Origin: an uncultured Pseudomonadota bacterium
Lineage (GTDB): Bacteria; BMS3Abin14
Assembly: GCA_964454175.1 (NCBI GenBank)
Contig: CAYVSA010000001.1
Coordinates: forward strand, 22,170 to 86,169
DNA length: 64,000 nt
Direction of reading: 5' to 3'
In this document: positions 57,140 through 64,000 of the stretch, one piece after another
Numbering within the stretch: position 1 is the stretch's first letter
Layout of the letters: each line of letters starts with the position of its first letter
The notes under the pieces: generated by a model
The model's database searches: none
What the model saw: only the letters and a program-made list of their open reading frames with translations
What the model was told of the DNA's origin: nothing
Translations under genes and position numbers: made by a program

Positions 57140-57350
57140 TTTCGGAGCAAAAGAGATGTATTTCAGGAAGTGCTTGTTTTTCGGGATGTTGAACGATTAC
57201 AGCAGGTTCTGTAAGGTCAGACATCATGATGGAGTGTGTACGGTTTTCGAACAGGTGTTTGCGGATTGGACGGGCTGGAAAAGACCGGGCCCAGGTCCCA
57301 GGTCTAATGACCCAGGTTGATCAGTTAGCCTGAGCGTTGAACATTGAGCG

Positions 57351-58631
57351 CTATCTGATGTTATACTTCTTTATCTTCGAATAAAGTGTAGAAGGTGCGA
57401 TACCCAGAAGACGCGCCGCTTTTCTCTTGTTTCCTCCGGAGGCTGCAAGCGCCCTTCTAATGGAATCAGCCTCAGCTTCCCTGATGGACCCTGACCCGGC
57501 CTCGGTGCCCACGACAGGTAGCAGAGATAGATCGGTATCGTTAATAGTCGTACCATCCGCGAGGGCAGCAGCTGTCTGGAGAGCGTTTTTCAGTTCCCTT
57601 ATGTTACCAGGCCATGCGTAGCTCTCCATGAGAGCCACAGCCGACGGGCTGAGTTTAAACTGCTTTCCAGTGTCGCTGTTGATCTCTTCCAGAAAGTGCA
57701 CAGCCAGGTAGGAAATGTCAGGGGCTCGCTCCCTTAGCGATGGCAGCTTTACCATGGCGCCGCAGACCCGGTAGTAGAGATCCTGTCTGAACTGTCCGTT
57801 TGAGACGAGATTTTCCAGGCTGCGGTTGGTAGCTGTCACGAACCTGACATCTGCTCTGGCAAGTCCTTCACCGCCAATACGGCGGTACTCTCTCCTGTCG
57901 AGGAGCCTGAGCAGCTTGGGCTGCAGGGCCAGGGGCAGCTCGCCTATTTCATCGATAAAAAGGGTCCCGGTGTTGGCCAGCTCCACCGCACCCTGCCTCG
58001 TATCGCCTGCGCCGGTGTATGCTCCTTTTTCGTGCCCGAAGAGTTCGCTCTCCATGAGCTCGGCTGGGACAGTGGAGCAGTCAAAAACGACAAAGGGCTT
58101 CGACGATCTGGGGCTGGCTTTGTGAATTGCCCTGGCTGCAAGCTCTTTCCCTGTCCCTGTCTGGCCTTCCAGCAGAACTGTGACATCGGAACCCGAGAGA
58201 CGTTTTAAAAGGGAGAAAGACTCTCTTATCTCACGGCTCTTTCCCACCATTTCGCCGAACTGCTTTTTGGCAGAAGGTGTGGGGATCAGAGTCTCCTCGC
58301 TGAGCCCGAAGTTGACAGAGGTTTTACCCAGGCGAACCGTGGCCCTGTCTTTCAGGTAGGCCCTGTCAACCCTGGTGCCGTCCACTAAAGTGCCGTTCGT
58401 GCTTTCCAGATCCTGTAGAAAGAACCCCTCCCGGGTCCTGGAAATTTCTGCGTGGCGCCTGGAAACCGTCGGGTCGGTCAGGGTCAGGTCGCATTCATCT
58501 GCTGTTCCGATGAGGAGAACACCTTCTCCCAGGTTGGCAGACCGGCCCTTATCGGGTCCCTCGTTGACGATGAGGGTCGCACGATCCAGGTGGATGACGC
58601 CTTTTTCTGATATTCTTCGCGTAACGCTCAT
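57351..58631 (-). CDS. FHA-domain sigma54-dependent enhancer-binding protein
   Basis: N-terminal FHA (VSRRHA, ESTNG), GQTGTGKE, ESELFGHEKGAYTGA, FIDEIG, WPGNIREL and Fis-type HTH. Confidence 0.95.
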   Translation of the reverse strand: MSVTRRISEKGVIHLDRATLIVNEGPDKGRSANLGEGVLLIGTADECDLTLTDPTVSRRHAEISRTREGFFLQDLESTNGTLVDGTRVDRAYLKDRATVRLGKTSVNFGLSEETLIPTPSAKKQFGEMVGKSREIRESFSLLKRLSGSDVTVLLEGQTGTGKELAARAIHKASPRSSKPFVVFDCSTVPAELMESELFGHEKGAYTGAGDTRQGAVELANTGTLFIDEIGELPLALQPKLLRLLDRREYRRIGGEGLARADVRFVTATNRSLENLVSNGQFRQDLYYRVCGAMVKLPSLRERAPDISYLAVHFLEEINSDTGKQFKLSPSAVALMESYAWPGNIRELKNALQTAAALADGTTINDTDLSLLPVVGTEAGSGSIREAEADSIRRALAASGGNKRKAARLLGIAPSTLYSKIKKYNIR

Positions 58632-58791
58632 TTTCGTTCCTCAGTCCTCTGAATTGAGCCAGAAACAATAATAATGTAACAAACAGGATTAGTCCAATGT
58701 AGTTCTTATGAGTCCACGGGCCTTTGGCCGTGATTAATTTGAAAATAATCTGATGGCTTGATAAAACGACGGCTTACTGCTAAAAGGTGCC

Positions 58792-59043
58792 ATGTCCATT
58801 ATCTCCAATCCCTCGATATTGCTCGTTTTTCTACTTCTGATCACCTTTTTTCTCACCCTCCCCTTTGGACGGTGGCGGGTCAGGTGCAGAAAGTACTCTG
58901 TGGGCTGGTTCCTCGCCATCCATCTTCCCATTCCCTTTATTATCCTGATGCGAGTGGGCGCGCACTTCTCCTATGCCTACATCCCCCTTTTTCTCGTAAG
59001 CACTGTTCTGGGGCAGTTCGCTGGGGGAAAGTTCGCCAGGTAA
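58792..59043 (+). CDS. Small membrane hypothetical protein
   Basis: Hydrophobic 83-aa ORF (PFGRWR..KYS..WFLAIHLPIP) co-oriented with the next gene. Confidence 0.65.
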   Translation: MSIISNPSILLVFLLLITFFLTLPFGRWRVRCRKYSVGWFLAIHLPIPFIILMRVGAHFSYAYIPLFLVSTVLGQFAGGKFAR

Positions 59044-59055
59044 TGGAAAAACTCC

Positions 59056-60027
59056 ATGTCAAGCCATCGTGAATCAGCTGGTCATTCAGCAGCCCTGCCT
59101 TTTTCTGCCAGATTAGGGGCGAGCGTCAAAAGGGGCCTGTTAAGCGGTTTCTTTACGTCGTGGTTTCTCGTCAAGGTCATGGTTCCCACCATTGTCCTGG
59201 TCAACATCCTGAAAACTGCGGGATTGCTCGCGGCGATAGCGCAGGCAGCGGCTCCACTGATGTCCGTATTTCACCTGCCGGGCGAGGCATCTCTTGCTCT
59301 GCTGACAGGTGGCTTGGTCAATATTTACGCAGCCATAGCCGTGGCTGTGAACCTTACCCTTACGGCAAAATCAATGACAGTGCTCGCAATCATGATACTA
59401 ATTGCCCACAACCTTATCGTAGAGACGGCCGTTCAGAGCAAGGCCGGCACTCCTGCGGCTGTTATGCTCATTTCGAGAATAACGGCGGCCCTCATTGCTG
59501 GTTTCATTTTCGCCAGGCTGGTGCCCGAATCTTCCGCTCCACTGATACACTCTTCGGGTTCGCAGCAGGCAGAGGGTTTTACCGTTGTATTGCTGGGAAA
59601 TGCCCTGTCCATGATAAAAATTGTCTTGATCGTCGTATTGCTCATGGTTGCCGTAGAGGTCCTCAGGGAGTTCGGGCTGATGGACAGGCTCATGAACCTC
59701 CTTCAGCCGCCCATGAAGGTCCTGGGCATGGACAGGAAGACCTCGTTTGTGGCAGCAGTGGGCCTCATCCTGGGACTTGCCTACGGAGCCGGCCTTATTG
59801 TGGATGAGGCAAAGGCAGATACCTTTTCGGGGGAGGAGGTCCTGGCGACCAACCTTTTTCTCGGGACCAATCACGCCATGATAGAGGATTCCCTTGTATT
59901 CGTGGCAGTTGGAGCCAGCCTTCTCTGGATAGTTGTTGGCCGCCTGGTATTTGGTTCGCTGTTTATCAGGTTGGCAGTTCCGGTGGCCAGGACCTGCATC
60001 TACAGGAAAAAGACACTCCAGGGTTGA
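59056..60027 (+). CDS. Nucleoside-recognition (Gate) domain membrane protein, SpmA/B-like
   Basis: Two Gate-like halves (PLMSVFHLPGEA..AHNL.VET; GL.LGLAYGAG..HA.IED). Confidence 0.75.
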   Translation: MSSHRESAGHSAALPFSARLGASVKRGLLSGFFTSWFLVKVMVPTIVLVNILKTAGLLAAIAQAAAPLMSVFHLPGEASLALLTGGLVNIYAAIAVAVNLTLTAKSMTVLAIMILIAHNLIVETAVQSKAGTPAAVMLISRITAALIAGFIFARLVPESSAPLIHSSGSQQAEGFTVVLLGNALSMIKIVLIVVLLMVAVEVLREFGLMDRLMNLLQPPMKVLGMDRKTSFVAAVGLILGLAYGAGLIVDEAKADTFSGEEVLATNLFLGTNHAMIEDSLVFVAVGASLLWIVVGRLVFGSLFIRLAVPVARTCIYRKKTLQG

Positions 60028-60104
60028 TGTTCCATTGACACCGGGGTAACCTTGGGGAAGTATTTAGATTCGCGGTTGGAACGCTTTTAAAAAGGAGGAT
60101 ATCG

Positions 60105-60263
60105 ATGAAAAAGTACAGGTGCAGTGTATGCGGCTACATTTATGACCCGGAGGCGGGTGAACCTGACGAAGGGATAGATCCCGGCACAGCCTTCGCGGAT
60201 ATTCCAGATGACTGGGTCTGTCCCGATTGCGGCGCCGACAAGAGCTTCTTCGAGGAGGTCTGA
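60105..60263 (+). CDS. Rubredoxin (52 aa, below the ORF-track cutoff)
   Basis: [15 protein letters not shown]...[36 protein letters not shown]. Confidence 0.97.
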   Translation: MKKYRCSVCGYIYDPEAGEPDEGIDPGTAFADIPDDWVCPDCGADKSFFEEV

Positions 60264-60267
60264 TCAA

Positions 60268-61458
60268 GTGAAACCGATCAAGCTTGCGGAGGGGGTCCAT
60301 TGGGTAGGTGTCAGGGACCCTCTCCTACGGGTATTCGACGTCATCATGCACGCTGAGCACGGAACCACCTACAACTCCTACCTTGTTCAGGGCGAGAATT
60401 CTTCTGCTGTCATAGAGGCCGTTAAGGCGAAGTTTGCCGACGAGTACCTGAAAAGGTTAAGCGAGTACATTGACCCGTCTCAGCTGGATTATATAATCAT
60501 GAACCACACCGAGCCGGACCACACAGGAGGCCTGGCTGCCCTTATGGAAGCAGCTCCATCCGCACAGCTTATCTCCTCGAAGAACGCTGTGCCCCTGGTA
60601 AAGGGCATCCTTAACAGGGATGTGGATGTTAAGGCTGTCGGGGATGGTGATGAACTGGACCTGGGCGGGAAGACACTTAAATTCATTGAGGCCCCCTTCC
60701 TGCACTGGCCTGACACCATGTTCACGTATCTTCCCGAGGACGAGGTTCTCTTCTCATGTGATTTCCTGGGCTGCCACTTTTCCGATGAGCGCATGTTCGA
60801 TGACCTGGTGGACGATTTTTCTTATTATTACAAGTTCTACTACGATCACATAATGCGCCCCTTCAAGGAGCACATATTGAGGGCCCTTGAAAAGATAGAG
60901 GACCTGCACATAGGAACGGTCGGCCCCAGCCACGGGCCGGTACTCAGGACGGACATTAAGAGTTATATGGAAAAGTACAGGGCGTGGAGTTCCGTTCCGG
61001 GCAAGAATGAGACCCCCACTGTTTTAGTCTTTGTCGCCAGTGCATACGGCAATACTGCGGCTATGGCCGAAAGCTTTGCTGATGGAGTGCGCAAAAACGG
61101 ATGCGAAGTGAAGATCTTCGACCTGGAAAGTGCCGATGTAACAGAATTCGTGGATCAGGTAGAGGCGGCAGATGCCATTGCCGTTGGTTCCCTGACCATT
61201 AACGGCGATGCGGTTAGGCCGGTATGGGACCTTCTGTCGGTCCTTGGGACACTCAAACTCAGGGGCAAACTCGGGGCATCCTTCGGTTCCTACGGCTGGA
61301 GCGGAGAGGCACCCAGGCTGATCGAGGATCGCCTGAAGGGGCTCAAGCTCAAGGTTCCCTTCGAGAATATCAGAGTGCACATGACCCCCACCCGGAATGA
61401 CCTTGATGCGTGCCGGGATCAGGGTGGAAAGATTGCCGCCCGGCTCACCGGCAAATAG
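60268..61458 (+). CDS. fprA: Flavodiiron protein (FprA/Roo family)
   Basis: GTTYNSYL, HTEPDH, LHWPD, flavodoxin motifs SAYGNT and FGSYGWSGEA; GTG start at 60268. Confidence 0.94.
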   Translation: MKPIKLAEGVHWVGVRDPLLRVFDVIMHAEHGTTYNSYLVQGENSSAVIEAVKAKFADEYLKRLSEYIDPSQLDYIIMNHTEPDHTGGLAALMEAAPSAQLISSKNAVPLVKGILNRDVDVKAVGDGDELDLGGKTLKFIEAPFLHWPDTMFTYLPEDEVLFSCDFLGCHFSDERMFDDLVDDFSYYYKFYYDHIMRPFKEHILRALEKIEDLHIGTVGPSHGPVLRTDIKSYMEKYRAWSSVPGKNETPTVLVFVASAYGNTAAMAESFADGVRKNGCEVKIFDLESADVTEFVDQVEAADAIAVGSLTINGDAVRPVWDLLSVLGTLKLRGKLGASFGSYGWSGEAPRLIEDRLKGLKLKVPFENIRVHMTPTRNDLDACRDQGGKIAARLTGK

Positions 61459-61464
61459 GATCTT

Positions 61465-62160
61465 ATGGTATTGATCTTCCAGCATGTACCCAGTGAGGGG
61501 CCAGGTCTTATAGGAGATATGCTTGAGGGCAGAGGTATCCACCATATAGTTGTAGAAACTTTCAACGACGACCCGCTGCCTCTTACTCCCGCTGGATTTG
61601 CTGCTGCAATCTCCATGGGAGGGCCCATGTCCGTCAACGACGGGCTGCCCCTTCTTGAAAAGGAGAAGGATTTCCTGATAGAGGCAGTTGAGCGACGTAT
61701 CCCTGTCCTTGGGATATGTCTGGGGGCTCAGCTTCTGGCTTCCGCTCTGGGCGCCAGCGTTAAACCGGGCCCCGGCCCGGAAGTGGGTTGGGGTGATGTG
61801 ACGCTCACAAATGAAGGGCAGAACGATGTTCTTTTTTCGGGGTCTGATCCTTTGGTCCCGGTGCTTCATTGGCACAGTGAGACCTTCGATATCCCGGAGA
61901 ATGCTGTTTTGCTGGCATCATCCCCGGTTTGCAATAATCAGGCGTTCCGGTTCGGGGATGTTGCATATGGATTCCAGTTTCATCTGGAGGCGACCCGGGG
62001 GATGGTTGAAGAGTGGATACGTGAAGACGAGGCGAGTGCATGCGCGATGGGGCTGGACCCAGAGGATATCCTGTCCAAAGCAGATAGCTATCTGCCGAGA
62101 ACAGCCCTTTCCGGATCACTTATTTTCGGGCGGTTTCTGGACCTGTTGAAAAAAACCTGA
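61465..62160 (+). CDS. Type 1 glutamine amidotransferase (GuaA-like)
   Basis: [25 protein letters not shown] and QFHLE. Confidence 0.9.
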   Translation: MVLIFQHVPSEGPGLIGDMLEGRGIHHIVVETFNDDPLPLTPAGFAAAISMGGPMSVNDGLPLLEKEKDFLIEAVERRIPVLGICLGAQLLASALGASVKPGPGPEVGWGDVTLTNEGQNDVLFSGSDPLVPVLHWHSETFDIPENAVLLASSPVCNNQAFRFGDVAYGFQFHLEATRGMVEEWIREDEASACAMGLDPEDILSKADSYLPRTALSGSLIFGRFLDLLKKT

Positions 62161-62234
62161 GCACTTGCCTGCTCAGGTCAACTGTGATACAAACTGCAGC
62201 TTCACTGAAGCTGACGCTGGATCAGGAGGAAAAT

Positions 62235-62465
62235 ATGGTAGACAAAGAGAAGATCAAGGAAGTTCTGGACAAGGTTCGAGTATCCCTGCAGGCTGACGGT
62301 GGAGATGCTGAACTGGTGGAGATCACCGACGACGGGCTCGTCAAATTAAAGCTTGTCGGCGCGTGTTCCGGGTGCCCAATGTCCGAAATTACCCTGAAAT
62401 CGGGTATAGAGCGTGCGTTGAAGGAAAACGTGAGTGAAGATATCGTTGTAGAGGGCGTTGCCTAG
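62235..62465 (+). CDS. NifU C-terminal (NfuA-like) Fe-S carrier
   Basis: [16 protein letters not shown] and TLKSGIE; ATG 62235 after AGGAGG. Confidence 0.92.
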   Translation: MVDKEKIKEVLDKVRVSLQADGGDAELVEITDDGLVKLKLVGACSGCPMSEITLKSGIERALKENVSEDIVVEGVA

Positions 62466-62968
62466 GGGGTTTTGCCCTTTTCCATCTTCTGGCGGACCCT
62501 GTACAGCATGGACGCATGTTCTTTTTCCTGGTGTTCAAGCTCCTGGACCGACGCCCTGTCCTCAGGGTCCTCTATCACATCGGCCATTTCCCTGAAAAAG
62601 GCAATGGAGTTGAGCTCGAATTCAAGGGCCATATCGACTCCCTGGAGCGGGTCTGTGAGGGTTTCCGCCCTGGAAGTGGCATCCTGTGTATCGCTGAATA
62701 TCCGTTTTGCGGCAAAGGCTCTCAGATATAGCAGGTCCTGGGCAGTGGTTGAGTAACCTGCCCCCGGACGCTTCATTGAAGCCGACTTTAGGACCGCTTC
62801 AAAATCCTTGATGTGGATGCGTTCCGCAATCTCCAGGTTTTTGTAAAGTCTTTTTAGCTCGGCGTTTTGGGAAAGCTCCTTGAGGCGCTTGTAAAATGCC
62901 GCTCCGGCAACCTCGATCTGGACTGCTATTTCTATGATCTCCTTCAGATTGAGTTTCAGTTCGGACAT
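62462..62968 (-). CDS. Ferritin-like / rubrerythrin domain protein
   Basis: AVQIE..G..FY..AERIH and ALEFE..S..FF..EKEH (two ExxH halves). Confidence 0.85.
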   Translation of the reverse strand: MSELKLNLKEIIEIAVQIEVAGAAFYKRLKELSQNAELKRLYKNLEIAERIHIKDFEAVLKSASMKRPGAGYSTTAQDLLYLRAFAAKRIFSDTQDATSRAETLTDPLQGVDMALEFELNSIAFFREMADVIEDPEDRASVQELEHQEKEHASMLYRVRQKMEKGKTP

Positions 62969-63077
62969 CACTTCCACCCTTCCCAATTGATATTTGAAGA
63001 CCGCTCCTGATCCTGCGTCAAATGGGCTGCCAATTGACCGTTAACACGAGCATAAAAGTGTAGTAATGTGTGCGCTC

Positions 63078-64000
63078 ATGCCGGATAAAGTTCCTTTCAA
63101 CATTAAGGTTATCAGTTTGCGTCTTCCAGGTAAAGCCCGGGCCCTGAGTGCTGGACTTTCGGCGGTCCTGGCAGCGATATTGATGCTCGCCTCCCCGGCG
63201 GTCGCTGTCACCCTCAGGGTGACCTGGGACCCTGTCTCAGTCAAGCCCGGTTCAGCCGTGGCACTGAAGGTGGAGGCGCCGTTGAAGCTTTCCAGGGCAG
63301 AAGCAACTGCCGGTGGGGAAAGGTTCCCCCTCATCAAAACGGGCCAGGATGGCTACGTTGCCCTGGTGGCCATAGACCTGAATTATAAATACGCTGTCTA
63401 CCCGGTGCAGATAGAGCTTTTCCCCAACCAGGGTCAGGCTCCATACAGGATACAAGCGGACCTGAAAGTCCAGGGCAGAGATTTTAGCACCCAATCGCTT
63501 ATTCTTCCCCAGGGAATGGTTGATCTGTCCGGGGAACACATAACCAGGGTCAATACCGAAAATAGTGATATCAGACGTGTGCTGGATCGCAGGACACGGC
63601 ACCGCTACTGGCAAAGGCCTTTTATAATGCCCCTTTCAGGGCGGACGACGGGCAGCTTTGGTGTCAGAAGGGTGCTCAACGGGGAAAAGAGGTCCCCGCA
63701 TCGGGGCATGGACATCGCTTCTCCCCTGGGGACACCCATTGCCGTGTCAAACAGTGGCGTTGTATCTCTTGCGCGGGACTTCCTGCTGTCGGGGAAGACC
63801 ATGGTTATAGACCACGGATGGGGGGTGAGTACGATCTACGCCCACATGAGCGCATTCGAGGTCAAAGCTGGTCAGAAAGTCGCGAAAGGCCAGGTCATAG
63901 GCAGGGTCGGCGCCACCGGCAGGGCCAGTGGTCCCCACTTGCATTTCGGGGCACAGATCAGGGGGGCGAGCATCGATCCGGCCTCGCTGGTCCACCTGGG
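63078..64000 (+). CDS. M23 family metallopeptidase (runs off the window end; absent from the ORF track)
   Basis: Open frame with a signal-like segment, HRGMD (HxxxD), IDHG..TIYAH and GPHLH (HxH). Confidence 0.9.
   Translation, partial: MPDKVPFNIKVISLRLPGKARALSAGLSAVLAAILMLASPAVAVTLRVTWDPVSVKPGSAVALKVEAPLKLSRAEATAGGERFPLIKTGQDGYVALVAIDLNYKYAVYPVQIELFPNQGQAPYRIQADLKVQGRDFSTQSLILPQGMVDLSGEHITRVNTENSDIRRVLDRRTRHRYWQRPFIMPLSGRTTGSFGVRRVLNGEKRSPHRGMDIASPLGTPIAVSNSGVVSLARDFLLSGKTMVIDHGWGVSTIYAHMSAFEVKAGQKVAKGQVIGRVGATGRASGPHLHFGAQIRGASIDPASLVHL

Noticed and set aside
51757-58631. Type VI secretion accessory cluster (PpkA/Fha) or TerY-phosphorylation triad
   Set aside because: No tss genes or PP2C phosphatase are in the window, and the vWA is membrane-embedded rather than TerY-like
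1-64000. CRISPR arrays, tRNA/rRNA, transposases, prophage
   Set aside because: No regularly spaced repeats, cloverleaf-like sequences or mobile-element proteins were seen by eye

Overview
A gene-dense, core-genome-like window from a probably anaerobic deltaproteobacterium-like organism (taxonomy inferred from gene content only). Left arm, minus strand: PpiC foldase, mfd, heptose genes (rfaE2, a deoxyhypusine-synthase-like gene, gmhA), rex, a three-gene multiheme c / b cytochrome module, the Fo part of ATP synthase (atpZIBE) and hemL. Centre, plus strand, 14.4-36.9 kb: a complete nuoA-N complex I operon with a five-gene block inserted between nuoG and nuoH. The block encodes a stand-alone cNMP-binding protein, a second NuoE, a NuoF/HydB-GltD fusion with electron-bifurcating-type motifs, a second NuoG/FdhA-like protein lacking the Mo ligand, and a Zn-ribbon-TPR protein. 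Right arm: PilZ and CBS-GGDEF genes, CDF, slyD, ABC transporter, ltaE, class II aldolase, cupin, OYE, a DUF3524/GTDC1-like glycosyltransferase, tpx and a thioesterase. These are followed by a six-gene phospho-signalling cluster (FHA-sigma54 activator, Zn-ribbon-FHA, membrane FHA-vWA, FHA, Ser/Thr kinase, LysM-TPR) with a candidate sigma54 promoter, then a rubredoxin/flavodiiron/NifU-C/ferritin-like cluster and a partial M23 peptidase. I saw no rRNA, tRNA, CRISPR array or transposase. The best novelty candidates are the dual-input complex I and the FHA/vWA/kinase/LysM/sigma54 system. All calls come from reading motifs by eye; no database searches were run.
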